Shown here: positions 12,710-25,045 of the stretch, piece after piece | Layout: the number at the start of each line of letters is the position of its first letter | Numbering within the stretch: the first letter of the stretch is position 1 | From: Mobula birostris | Taxonomy: Eukaryota | Reading direction: 5' to 3' | NCBI RefSeq assembly: GCF_030028105.1 | Contig: NC_092380.1 | Span: 63,051,717 to 63,115,716 of the forward strand | Length of the DNA: 64,000 bases | Position numbers and translations under genes: made by a program | The notes under the pieces: generated by a model | Databases searched by the model: none | What the model was told of the DNA's origin: nothing | What the model saw: only the letters and a program-made list of their open reading frames with translations

Positions 12710-14354
12710 TATCTATAATCTTATAAATGTCTATCAGATATCCTTAACCTCTGCCACGCCAAAGAAAAAAGCCCAAGTTTGTCCAGACTCTCATGATAGT
12801 GCATGCCCTCTAAACCAGACAGCATCCTGGAAAACCTCTTCTGCACCCTCTTTAAAGCCTCAATATCCTCCCAATAGGGGAATGATCAGAACTGGATGCA
12901 ATACTCCAGATGTGTTTTATAAAGTTGCAATATAACTTCTTGATTTTTGAACTCAATGCCTTGACTAATAAAAGTAATCATCCCAAAAGCCTTCTTTACT
13001 ACCTTATCAACCTGTGTAGCCACTTCATGGAGCTATGAACTTGGACCCCAAGATCTCTCTGCTCAGCAGCACTATTAAGGGTCTTGCCCTTAACAGTGTA
13101 CTGTCTCTTTGCATTTCCCCGACCAAGGTGCAACACATCACATTTATCTGGGTTAAACTCCATCTGCCATTTCTATGCCCAAATTTGTAACTGATCTATA
13201 TTGTGCTGTATTTTTTGCCAGTCTTCTCCACTATCCACAACTTCATCAATCTTTGTATCATTCACAAATTTACTCTAACCCATGCACCTGCATTTTCATC
13301 CAGGTCATTTATATACATCACAAACATCAGAGGTCCCAGCACAGATCCCTGCGGAACACCAGTAGTTACAGACCTCTAGCTCGAATAAGTCTCTTTAACC
13401 ACTACCCTCTGCCTCCTATGTGTAAGCCAGTTCTGAATCCAAACAGCTAATTCACCGCTGACCCCATGCATCCTAAACTTCTGGATTAGCCTTCCATGAA
13501 GGACTTCATCAAACACCATACTAAAGTCCATGTAGACAACATCCACTGCCCTATCTTTATCAATCTCCCTCAACACCTTGTCAAAAATCTCAATCAAGCT
13601 GGTAAGACACGACCTGCCCTGCACAAAGCTATGCTGGCTGTCCCTCATTAGGTCAAGGGTTTCCAAATCCTCATATATCCTATCACTAAGAATTTTCTCC
13701 AGCAATTTCCCCACAACTGACATGAGACTCATCGGTTTATAGTTCCTAGAATTTTCCCTTGTTCCTTTCTCAAATAGAGATACAACATTAGCCACTGGCC
13801 AGTCCTCTGGGACCTCGTCTATGCCTAGAGAGGACACGAAGATACTGGTCAAATCCCAAAAATCTTGTCTCTTGCCTCCTTCAATAATCTGGGGTAAATT
13901 CCATGAGGCCCTGGGGACTTATTCACCTTAATACTCCTTCGTAGGCCCAACACTTCCTCCTCCTTGACCCGTAAATTCCCTAACATATTTATGTATTCAG
14001 CACTGATCTCCTCCATGTCCTTTTCCTTGGTAAATACTGAAGCAAAGTACTCATTGAGTACATCACTCACATTATCTGCATCCAAGCAAATGTTTCCCTC
14101 TTTGTCCTTGAGTGCTCCTACCCTCTCCCTAGTTATCCTCCCGCTCAATGTATGTATAGAATGCCTTGAGATTCATCTTAATCCTACTTGCCAAGAAATT
14201 TCCATGGCCCTTCATGGCTTTCAAAATTTACTTGTTTAGTTCTTTCTGGTTTCTTTATTATCCTCATTTGCTTCATTTCATCTGAACTTCTTAAGCCTTA
14301 CATACTTTTTCTTTTTAACTATATTCATCTCCTCTCTGGACATCCAAGGTAAAC

Positions 14355-15110
14355 CACAAGGCTGTGTGCTTAGCCCTCTGCTCCCCTCACTTTCTACTTA
14401 AGATTGTGGTAAGGCTGAGCACAGCTCCAATGACATCTTTAAGTTTGCTGATGACGCCACTATCATTGGTTGAATCACGGGATGCTGATGAATCAGAACA
14501 TAGAAGGGAGATTAAAAATCTGACTGTGTGGTGCTACAACAACTTCTCACTAAATGTCAGCAAGATCAAAGCATTCATTATTGACTTCAGGAGGAGGATA
14601 CCAGAGTCCATGAGCCAGTCCTCATCGGGGGATCAAGGATGGGGAGGGTCAGCAACTTTAAATTCCTTGGTGTAGGTGCCATTATGAAGATTAGCAAGGC
14701 ATTGCCTCTACTTTCTTGGAAGTCTGTGAAGATTCAGCATCTCATCTAAAACTCTGACAAACTTCTATAGATGTATGACTGGTTGCATTGTGGCCTGGTT
14801 ATTATCCCTCAACAATCAGGCTCTTGAACTAGAGGGAATAACTTCACTCACCCCATTACTGAATATTCTCACAACTTAAGGACTCACTTTTCATTTCATA
14901 TTCTTGATATTTATTGCTCACTTATAATTATTACTTTTTTCTTTCTTTTTGTATTTGCAGTTTTTCTTTTGCATGTTGATTGTTTGTCCTGTTGGGTGTA
15001 GTTTCCATTGATTCTATTATTTACTGTGAATGCCCGCAAGAAGATGAATCTCAGGGTTGTACATGGCGACATATATTTGTAATTTGATAATAAATTTACT
15101 GTGAACTTTG
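14355..15110 (+). mobile_element. Rex1/Babar-type LINE 3' fragment
   Basis: PQGCVLSPLL, KFADD and LNVSKIKAFIIDFRR across frameshifts; 3' tail AATAAATTTACTGTGAACTTTG. Confidence 0.8.
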
Positions 15111-15730
15111 AAGAGGTTCAGTTGTTGCTCACTCCAAACATCAGGATGGCGAAGAAATGAGATCCTATTGACTTTGACCATGGAATGATTGTTGGTGCCA
15201 GACAGCATGGTTAGAGTATCTCAGAAGCTGCCAATCACATGGAATTTTTAAGCACAATAGTCTCTAGAGTTTACAGAGAATGGTGAGAAAAACAAAAATT
15301 CATCCAGTGAGCAACAGTTCTCTGGGTAAAAATGACTTGTTAAAATGAGAGAGGTCAAAGAAGGGCAGCCAGACTGACAGGAAGGCAACGGTAACTCAAA
15401 TAACCACATAATACAACAGTGGTGTGCAAAAGAACATCTTTGAACATACAACATGTCAAACCTTGAAGTAGATGGGCGATAGTAGCAGAAGACCACATTA
15501 GGTTTCACGCCTGTCAGCAAAGAAAGGAAACTGAGGCTACAGTGGGCAAAGGCTCACCAAAACTGTACAGTTGAAAATTGGAAAAACATCGCCTGATCTG
15601 ACAAGTCTCTATTTCTGCTGAGACATGCAGAGGGTAGGGTCAGAATTTGGCATAAACAACATGAATCTATGGATCCATCCTGTCTTGTGCCAACAGTTCA
15701 GTCTGGTGGTGGTAGTATAATGGTGTGGTA
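15111..15730 (+). mobile_element. Degenerate Tc1-family element (same family as 43336-44182)
   Basis: DFDHGMIVGARQ...SISE...SRVYREW and TVQSGGGSIMVW motifs. Its left TIR appears at ~9889-9947. Confidence 0.78.
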
Positions 15731-15734
15731 CTGC

Positions 15735-16870
15735 ATTCAGAATTCAAATATCACCGGCATATGTCATGAAATTTGTTGACTTTGCAGCAGCAGTACGATG
15801 CAAAACATAATCATTGAGATAAAAAGCTGAATTACTCTTAAATATACAGTATATTCAATTTAACTATTTAATATATATGTTGTGCAAAAATAGAAATAAA
15901 AAAGTGTTGAGGTAGTGTTTATGGGTTCAAGGTCCTTTCAGAAATTGGGTGGCACAGGGGAAGGAGCTGTTCCTGAATTATTGAGTGTGTGCCTTCACAC
16001 TTCTGTACCTCCTTTCTGATGGTAGCATTGAGAACAAGGCATGACCTGGGTGATGGGGGGTCCTTAATGATGGACCCCGCCTTTTTGTGGCATTGCTCCT
16101 TGAAGATGTCCTGGATACTATGGAGGCTAGTGCTCATGATGGAGCTAAGTTTACAACCCTCTGCAACTCACTTCAATCTTGTGCAGTGGTGACCACCCCC
16201 CCACCATACCAGATGGTGGTGCAACCGGTTAGAATGCCCTCCACCTTATGTCTGTAGAAATTTGAGTGTCTTTTGTGACATACCCAATCTTCTCGAACTC
16301 CTAATGAAATATAGTTGCTGTCATTCTTTCTTCGTAACTGCATCTATATATTGATGCCCAGGAACTTGAAATCACTCACTCTTTCTACTTCTGATCCCTC
16401 TATGAGGACTGGTGTGTGCTTCCTCCTCTTATCCTTTCTGAAGTCCACAATCTGTATTTTGATCATACTGATGTTGAGTGCAAGGTTGTTGCTGCGACAC
16501 CACCCAACTAGCTGACATAACTCGCTCCTGTACGCCCTCTTGTCACCATCTGACATTCTGTCCACAATAGTTGTATTGTCAGCAAATTTATAGATGGCAC
16601 TTGAGCTGTGCCTAGCCACATAACATGGGTGTAGAGCGTGGAGCAATGGGCTAAGCACACACCCCTGAGGTGCACCAGTTTTGATGTCAGCAAGGTGGAG
16701 ATGTTTCTGATCCACACAGATTGTGGTCTACCGGTGGGAAGCTGAGGATCCAGTTGCAGAGAGAGGTACAGAGGCCCAGATTATGGAGCTTTTTTGATTA
16801 GAACTCCAGGAATGATTGTGTTAAATGCTGAGCTATAGTCAATAAACAGCATCATGACATGGGTATTTGT
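15735..16870 (-). mobile_element. Rex1/Babar-type LINE fragment
   Basis: ORF 16344..16715: TGAPQGCVLSPLL, YKFADNTTIV, VERVSDFKFLGINI. Confidence 0.87.
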
Positions 16871-16874
16871 ATTT

Positions 16875-18697
16875 GAATTAATATTAAACTTAAACGTGGC
16901 GCTGGTTTTTCTCTCTAAGAGATAACATTATTTTGGTTCTTTCTTGTTTATCAGTCGATGGAATGTAAATACATTTTTTTCCTGAGACTTTATTGTCTTT
17001 TTCACAAGGTCACTCTACTTTTTTACTAACTGGGGGGAGGGAAAGAAAACACAGACAGACCAGTCAGCAGCTTTGAATTCTATCGTAGATCGCTTGCCTT
17101 TTTCGGGTTTCCGGGTGTGGGTGGGTGGGTTTAGAGTTAGTTTTTCCCCATTGGGTGGTTCCGGAGCATGCGTGTTTTTTGTTTGGTTGTATTCTTCATC
17201 ACCGCCATCTTTGATCATCCTGGATTGGTCTGTGCTTTGTGCATGTATAAAGTAGAATGAAATTATAGTATGCTGTTCAAATGGATAAATATAATAAGTT
17301 GGAATGTGCGTGGTTGGAATCATCCTATTAAACGAAAGAAGACTTTTAAAATTATTAACCGATTCCAACCTGATATAATTTTTGCTCAAGAGACACATAT
17401 CAGGGCGGGAGATCAAAATGGGTTTTTTAGATGGTGGAATGGTTTGCAATTCCACTCTACTTCTCAGGGTAAAACAAAAGATGTCTATTTTCATTAAACC
17501 TAATATATTTATTCAAGAAGATATTGAATCAGATTCTAATGGTAGATTTTTAATTGTTAAAGGAACAATCTGTAGAAAAGTTGTTTTGGTTAATTTGTAT
17601 GGTCCTAACTTAGATGATCCTTCTTTTTGTTAAAAAAGTATTTGCTTTACTGCCTGACTTAAATGAATATATGCTCATAATGGGTGGAGATTTTAATTGT
17701 TGTTTAAATCCTATGATTGATAAGAGCTCAACCAATCAGCGACTTCCAAATCGATCCGCGTCATTTATTAATTCCTTTTTGATTGATTTTGGGTTGATTG
17801 ATTTGTGGAGGTATCTTCATCCCGACAATAGAGAATATTCTTTCTTCTCACACGTTTATAAAAAATATTCAAAAATCGATTATATTATAATCGATCGCCG
17901 CTTCTTGCCTAGTGTTAAAACCTGCGAATATGACGCTATTGCTATATCTGATCATGCACCTCTGAGTTTGTCTTTTGAATTTGATGATATCACTCTTGCC
18001 CGCCCACCTTGGTGCATGTCTCAGACATTATTGCAAAACTCTGACTTTGTCACTTTCATTGAAACCCAGATAAAAGAACTTTTTCTTTTTAATGATACAG
18101 GGGGTATGTCTAAATTAGTTATATGGGATACATTTAAAGCATTTTTATGCGGTCAGATTATTTCTTATTCAGCTAAACTTAAAAAACAAACTAAAGCAGA
18201 ATTAGATAGAATTTCAAAACAAATTAAAGATTTAGATAATATTTATGCAATTTCCCCCAATACTGATTTATTTAAACAAAGGGTGGAACTTCAATCACAA
18301 TATAACCTGTTATTAACTCATCCCATTGAAGGTTATTTGCTTAAGTTAAAGAGCCAATTTTATATGTCTGGAGATAAAAATAATAAACTGCTTGCATCTC
18401 AATTAAAAATGGCTGCAGCCAAAAGGCAAATCATGAAAATTCATAGGAAAGATGGTACCTTAGCTCAGGAATATGAGGAAATTAATAAGATTTTTCAAGA
18501 CTTTAATGCTGAGCTATATAAATCTCAATGTCCATTAGATTCCTCTAAAATGAATGCTTTTTTATGAAAGATTGTTTTTCCTAAAATCTCGGCTGAGGAT
18601 CAAAAAATTCTCGATGCTCAAATTACTGAAGCCGAAATAAAGCTATTTCTTCAATGCAATCTGGTAAGTCCCCAGGACTTGATGGCTATCCCGTAGA
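16875..18697 (+). mobile_element. L1-clade LINE internal fragment (APE endonuclease half of ORF2)
   Basis: ORFs 17270, 17382 and 17614: IISWNVRG, DIIFAQETH, LVNLYGPN, MGGDFN, YSKIDY, ISDHAPL, WDTFKAFLCGQII, then GKSPGLDGYP just before the break. Confidence 0.92.
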
Positions 18698-19748
18698 TGG
18701 GTCATATTCTGCATAGAGGTCAGTCACCAGTGGGGTGCCTCAGGGATCTGTTCTGGGACCCCTACTCTTTGTGATTTTTATAAATGACTTAGATGAGGAA
18801 ATGGAGGGATGGGTTAGTAAGTTTGCTGATGACACAAAGGTTGGAGGTGTTGTGGATAGTGTGGAGGGCTGTCAGAGGTTACAGCAGGACATTGATAGGA
18901 TGCAAAACTGGGCTGAGAATTGGTAGATGGAGTTCAACCCAGATAAGTGTGAAGTGGTTCATTTTAGTAGGTCAAATATAATGGCAGAATACAGTATTAA
19001 TGGTCAGACTCTTGGCAGTGTGGAGGATCAGAGGGATCTTGGGGTCTGAGTCCATAGGACGCTCAAAGCAGCTGCGCAGGTTAAGAAGGCGTACGATGTA
19101 TTGGCCTTCATCAATCATGGAATTGAATTTAGGAGCCGAGAGGTAATGTTGCAGCTATATTGGACCCTGGTGAGACCCCACTTGGAGAACTGTGCTCAGT
19201 TCTGGTCGCCTCACTACAGGAAGGATGTGGAAGCCATAGAAAGGGTGCAGAGGAGATTTACAAGGATGTTGCCTGGGTTGGGGAGCATGTCTTATGAGAA
19301 TAGGTTGAGTGAACTCGGCCTTTTCTCCTTGGAGCGACGGAGGATGAGAGGTGACCTGATAGAGGTGTACAAGATGATGAGAGGTGACATGATAGAGGTG
19401 TATAAGATTATGAGAGGCATTGATCGTGTGAATAGTCAGAGGCTTTTTCCCAGGGCTGAAATGGTTGCCACAAGAGGACACAGGTTTAAGGTACTGGGAA
19501 GTAGGTACAGCGGAGATGTCAGGGGTAAGTTTTTTACTCAGAGAGTTGTGAGTGCGTGGAATGGGCTGCCAGCAACGGTGGTGGAGGCGGATACGATAGG
19601 GTCTTTTAAGAGACATTTAGATAGGTACATGGAGCTTAGTAAAATAGAGGGCTATATGTAAGCCTAGTAATTTCTAAGGTAGGGACATGTTCAGCACAAC
19701 TTTGTGGGCCAAAGGGCCTGTATTGTGCTGTAGGTTTTCTATTTCTAA
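18693..19748 (+). mobile_element. Young 5'-truncated CR1 LINE
   Basis: [42 protein letters not shown]; 3' tail TTTCTATTTCTA. Very similar to 56070-56592 and 10724-10846. Confidence 0.93.
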
Positions 19749-19967
19749 GATGGTGAATCTGTAAAATTCATAGCTAAAGACACCTGTGGAGGCCAAGTCA
19801 TTGGGTATATTTAAGGTGAAGTTTGATAAGTTCCTGATAACTAAGAGTGTCAAAGGTTATGGGGAGAAGGCAGGAGAATGGGGTTGAAAGGAAAAATAAA
19901 TCAGCTAAGATCAAATGGCGGAGCAGACTCGATGGGCCAAATGGCCAAATACTGCTCCTACGTTTTC

Positions 19968-20640
19968 CACTCAGTGGCCATCTTATTAGGTGACCTGTAT
20001 TCTTGCTCATTAATGCAAATATCTATTCAGCCAATCATGTGGCAGCAACTCAATGCATAAAAGCATGCATAGATGGTCAAGAGGTTCAGACCGAATATCA
20101 GAATGGGGAATAGATGTGATCAGTGTGACGCTGTTACAGCTCAGGGCGTCGGAGTTCAGAGTTCAATTCTGCCATCATCTGTAAGGAGTCTGTCCATCCT
20201 CCCCATAGTATCTGTGGGTTTTCTCCAGGTCCTCTGGTTTCCTCCCAAGGATGTACCAGTTAGTAAGTTCATTGGTCATGGTAAGTTGTCCTGTAATTAG
20301 GCTAGGGTTAATGTGGGGTTTGCAGGGCAGCACAACTCAAAGGGCCTATTCTGCAGTGTATCTCTAAACATTGACAATGGAATGATTGTTGGAGCCAGAA
20401 GAGGTCGTCTAAGTATCTCAGAAACTGATCTCCGGGGATTTTCATGTACAACAGTCCCTGGAATTTACAGGATGTGTGGAAAAACAAACATCCAGTGAGT
20501 GGCAATTCTGTGGGGAAAAATTGCCCTATTAATGAGAGAGGAGAGAGGAGAATGTCCAGACTGGTTCAAGCTGATAGGAAGGCAACAGTAACTCAAATAA
20601 CTACGTGTTAAAATAGTGGTATGTAGAAGAGCATCTTTGT
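19968..20640 (+). mobile_element. Tc1-derived non-autonomous element with a nested V-SINE (~20122-20370)
   Basis: TIR CACTCAGTGGCCA..TTATTAGG at 19968; body matches 43336-44182. The SINE has a B-box-like GAGTTCAATTC and a V-domain GTGGGTTTTCTCCAGG...GGTTTCCTCCCA. Confidence 0.75.
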
Positions 20641-20849
20641 TATCAGGAGGTGCGAAGGAAATGTACATTGTTTAATCTCTATACTTTTCTGACTGTATGA
20701 TGGAGGAAAAATTAAGTAGCTGAAAATATATAGATCTGGGACATTCCTCTGAGGAGCTCCAGCAGCAGTTTCTAGGTCAGAGATGAATGATCTTAAATAG
20801 CCATGAGCAGATTCATTTGTACTAGATTTGACATCAGCCAACGGAGACT

Positions 20850-21632
20850 CCTGGGCATTGGTGTTTCTATACCAGGTCGTGATCCAAAGATTCAAGATTC
20901 AAAAAACTTTATTGTCATTCTAACCGTACATCAGCTCTGCAGGGCAGAATGAGACAGTGTTTCTCAGGGGCAGTGCAATCATAACATAACAAACGCAACA
21001 CTAAATAATAAACATAACAATAAATAGTAAAACACAACAGCCACATGCCAGTTAAAATCAGTTATAAGTGTCCAATGCAAGTTAAAAGTGTCCAAAGCAG
21101 AGTCAGGTAGAGCAGCTATTTAGCAGTCTGACTGCCTGTGGGAGGAAGCTGTTTAGTAGCCTTGTGGTTTTAGTTTTGATGCTCCTGTAACATTTGCCTG
21201 ATGGCAGAAGAACAAACAGTTCATGGAGAGGGTGTGAGGGGCCTTTAATAATGTAACGTATCTTCTGGAGGCATCAACTCTGAAAGAGGTCTTGGACAGA
21301 AGGTAGGGAGACCCCAATAACCTTCTCTGCTCCCCTAACCACCTTCTGCAAGGCTTTTTTATCGACAGCACTGCAGCTGGAGTACCAGGTTGTGATGCAA
21401 AAGGTCAGCACACTCTCAACCATGCCTCTGTAGAATGTATTTAAGATGTTAGTGGGGAGTGATGCTTGTTTAAGCTTCCTCAGAAAGTGCAATCTCTGCT
21501 GGGCCCGTTTCACAATCCCAGTGGTGTTCCTGGACCAGGTGAGATTGTCCGAGATCTGCACCCCAAGGAACTTGATGTTTTCCATTCTCTCCACTGTGGA
21601 GCTGCCGATGCTGAGGGGTGTGTGCTCAGGCT
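20850..21632 (-). mobile_element. Young Rex1/Babar LINE 3' fragment
   Basis: ORF 21274..21594 (IKFLGVQISDNLTWS, AQQRLHFLRKLK, VESVLTFCITTWY); (TTGAATC)n tail at ~20887-20902; possible TSD GAGACT at both flanks. Confidence 0.88.
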
Positions 21633-23080
21633 GAGACTAGTTAGGATACTCTCCAATGCCCATTTGATGTTTGCAGCTGAATCTTGCCTAACAGTTGGTA
21701 GTCACAAAAATCTGCTTTATGAGATGGTTGACTGGTCCTTTCAGTTTGGGTTTTGAATTTTCAGACAATAAGGTTTGATTAGCAGAGACAGGAGACAGCA
21801 GAGGAATAGAACTACTTTGGAAACAGGAAGCTCTTGGCTGGAAAGTAGTTGAACCCTGGTTGCTCTTTTTCCTAAGGAATAGAAAAGAAAAGTCATTATT
21901 TTTATTGTTGATACAAATGGTGTGTGGCATTGGAAAACAGATTAGGTACAGAAAAGTGCTCCTGTAGAGACAGAAATTGTGATGAGTGGGTAGTAGAAAT
22001 TTCAAATATTGAGAAAAGGATGGAGGTCTAAAAATAAAAATATTAGTAATTTTAAAAGTTATGTTAGTGACAGTGGGGCAGCTATTATAAAAAAAATTGC
22101 TGTTTACAAAGACAGTGTTTGGTGCCCTGTATGCTGGGAAATTGTTCAAAGGTAATGCTGCAGAATGTTAACATCAGCTGCCTCACAGAATGGTTACAGG
22201 ACAAAAGCATGACATTTAGCCCACTGAATCCACACTAGCTCCATTTATGAGCTAACCAAGTGTCCAACTCTCCTGTCCTCTCCAAAGAGTACTTAAAATT
22301 CTCCTAATTTATATCCTTACACATATTTGCCTCCAGTACAACCTAACAGCCCTGATCCCGACTACTTATTGAATAAACAAAAAAAAATCCTTCAGTCTTT
22401 TGGTTCCTTTTGCCAGTCACTATCATTCCATGTTCTCTCATACTTAACTTATCCACTAATGGGAACTATTTCTTTCCATCTATTTTGTTCGTACCTTTAA
22501 TGATTTAACTATCTCTCACAATCCTCCAAGGAGAACAACCCAGCCTCTCCAATAAATTCACAACACTAAGGTCCATCATCCGTACTATTATTTTAAAAAA
22601 TCTGTTACTCATTTCCCTAAAATTTTATCTTTCATAACATGTGGTGTCAATTTGGGCACAATAAGCTAGTTCTGGCCAGAACTTTGTTTATAAATGTACA
22701 TTATACTTTCTTGGCTCTTAAAGCCCAGGAATCCCAAATGTTTTGACCACTTTCTAAATTTCCTTGCCACTTTGAATGGATCATGTGCTGTACATGCTGC
22801 ATATTCACATTCATCTCTCTGTTCTGGTACCCTTTTAGAATTATGCCCTCTAGTTTAGATTGTCTTTGTTCATCCTTCCTATGAAAATACAACACTTCAC
22901 ATTTCTCGATACTAAATTTCATCTGCCACCAGTCTATTTTTTTTATTTCCTCTTATTCTCCTCACAGCTCAATGCCTCCAAGCTTTAGAGGGTCTTCAGA
23001 AGTTAAAATTGTGTTCTGTCCATTCAAGTTCAAATCATTAGAAAACCATTGGTTCTAGTGCTAATCAAGTTCCTTATTAT

Positions 23081-23600
23081 AGCCCGGGTAGGGGGTGTAG
23101 TGGGGACAAACTCCCACTACCTATTAAATAATCCCAATGGCGTGTGTCTCAAATAGCCTCTGACAACCAAGTCCAGCTCCTGGCCTTCACCTGTGACTTA
23201 GCTACTAAGCCTGGAGGAGCAGTTTCTATTGTTAGAAGAAAGGACAAAGGTGGGTTACTGCCACCTTAAAACCAGTCACTTCAGGCAGACGGGGCTTGTC
23301 AGCCTTGGTTGGCAGCTCATTGAGTAGAAAATCTCTGATTTCAAACCTTGCGGCCTTGCAACTCTACCCAATCATGGGAATAGCTTTGCAAGCAAGCCCT
23401 GAGGATAAATCCCGAGCTGGAGTTCTTAAGGCAGCCCTACATTGAGTTCCACACGCCACTGCTGCCAAACTGTATTGGTCTCTACTGCTCCATTGTATTC
23501 ATCAGCTGCATGGAAAAGGGAGTCTGCTGCATGGGCAACAATTTTACTGTCCTGGCTTGCGTAGACAGCTAGGACACATCATCCACAGTTGACCACGATC
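23081..23600 (+). repeat. ~500-bp non-autonomous interspersed repeat, copy 2
   Basis: Homologous to 1366-1870. Confidence 0.65.
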
Positions 23601-24110
23601 AACACAAGAGATTCTGCAGCTGCTGGAAATCTACAGCAACACACACAAATTGCTGGAGGAGCTCTACAGGTCAGGCAACATCTACGGAGAAGAATAAACA
23701 CTTGACATTTTGGATGGAGACTCTTCAGCAGGACTGGAAAGGAAGGGGAAAGAAACCAGAATAAGCAGCTGGCGGGAGGGTAAGGTGTACAAGCTGGCAG
23801 GTGATAGATGAAATCAGGTGAGGGGTAAGGTATGTGGGTGGGGGAAGGGTCATGAAGTGAGATGCTGGGAGTGATAGGTGGAATACGTAAAGGGCTGAAG
23901 CAGGAATCTGATAGGAGAGGGGGGTGTTGGGCAGGTGAGGAGAAGGAGTAAAAAGGGAGCCAAAATGTGGAATGGAAAAAGAGAAAAGAGAGAGAGAAAG
24001 GAGGAGAAATTACCAGAAATTAGAGAAACGAATGTTTGTGCCATCAGGTTGGAAGCTACCTAGATGGAATGAGGTGTTGTTCCTCCAACCTGAGAGTGGC
24101 GTCATCAGGA
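23600..24110 (-). mobile_element. Old Penelope-like 3' fragment
   Basis: Same terminal block (TTCTGCAG-TGCTGGAAAT...CACACAAA-TGCTGGAGGA) and purine-rich tract as 36279 and 54000. GIY-YIG C-terminus on minus (RLEEQHL...LGSFQPDGTNI). Hammerhead motif at ~23700-23737 is degenerate. Confidence 0.78.
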
Positions 24111-24453
24111 ACCAACGCCGACCTCTTGGGAACTCAATTGTACAAATCCCTCAAGTCAGTAAACAACCTTCATATACATTTTATGGTTACCTAATATTCC
24201 ATCCATGCTACTTTTGTCACAGTGCAATTCAGTCTTGATGACAAAGTTGCAACTAGTAATAGTAGTTTTGGAAGTCCATATACATTAATCACTTTTCTGT
24301 CATGAACCCTCTCTGTTACTTTAACAAAAAATCTCTATGAATTTAGGTAGACCACCTGGATTTTTCCTCACGTTCCAAAGACATACGGTTGGGGTTAGTG
24401 AGTTGTGTGCATGCTGTGTTGGTGCTGAAAGTGTGGCAATATTAGTGGGTTGT

Positions 24454-25045
24454 TGTAATATGGAGGGTTAACTTATTTGCTGATTGAACATTGTTCTGAA
24501 AGTCACTTCCACCGTGCTGGTTAATGGTGGGCCCGCTCGAGGTATGTAGCTGCCTTCCAATTGGTTAGCTCCCATGCCATGCAGAAACTGATGCGGTTTC
24601 TCATCCCAGGTCACATGCTGTGATACCTGCAACTGGTTTCCGGTCCTCAGGTGTATAAAGGTGAATGCATGTGTGTGCTCACTCTCCTTCTGTTGACTCC
24701 AGGCCACTGCAGGCTGTGAGCAGCAAGCAGCAAGCAGTGCTGGAGAAACTCTTTGGAAGGTGTGTTGCAGTTAATAGGGGGAAGGGGCTTGTGTTTTGAT
24801 TGCACAGCTAATTAAGTAACTGCTTATCACTTGCTTAATGTTGTATAACTTAGATGAATTTAACAAGTATATTGAATGCTTGGTGTTATAATTTCCATAG
24901 TTTAGCTGAGTTGGATGCGTGCTTGTTCAACTTGTATGTGAGTAAAGTGTTTCATAGGTTGCTCGTGAATAATAGTTGCTGTAACACCCGCAATCAGTGC
25001 CTGCTGTTTTATTTACTGAACCCGTGAATCTGCTTTTGTACAACA
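24454..25045 (+). mobile_element. Solo LTR, 592 bp
   Basis: TGTAATA...TACAACA ends; 5-bp TSD GTTGT at 24449-24453 and 25046-25050; GTATAAAG TATA-like motif near 24652; interrupts a SINE-like repeat. Confidence 0.8.

Larger units (their letters stand above)
9975..14350 (-). mobile_element. CR1 (HER1-like) LINE, interrupted by the Tc1 at 10307-12709
   Basis: ORFs 13849..14148 and 13376..13852 carry CR1 RT motifs (KSPGPHGIYPRLLKE, NYKPMSLMSVVGKLLE, SQHSFVQGRSCLTSL, DVVYMDFS). The 3' end lies at 9975-10306, on the other side of the Tc1. Confidence 0.88.

Noticed and set aside
12082-12718. Cluster of overlapping 95-172 aa ORFs as a novel gene
   Set aside because: They lie in a GC-rich non-autonomous repeat where stops are rare, are open on both strands and show no domain.
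23081-23600. HDV-like ribozyme in the RTE-like repeat (also 1366-1870)
   Set aside because: I could not build a convincing nested double pseudoknot by eye; it needs a family consensus and a descriptor search.
23700-23737. Active hammerhead in the old Penelope fragment
   Set aside because: The core is mutated (CTGCTGA; AAAA in place of GAAA) and the stems are broken.
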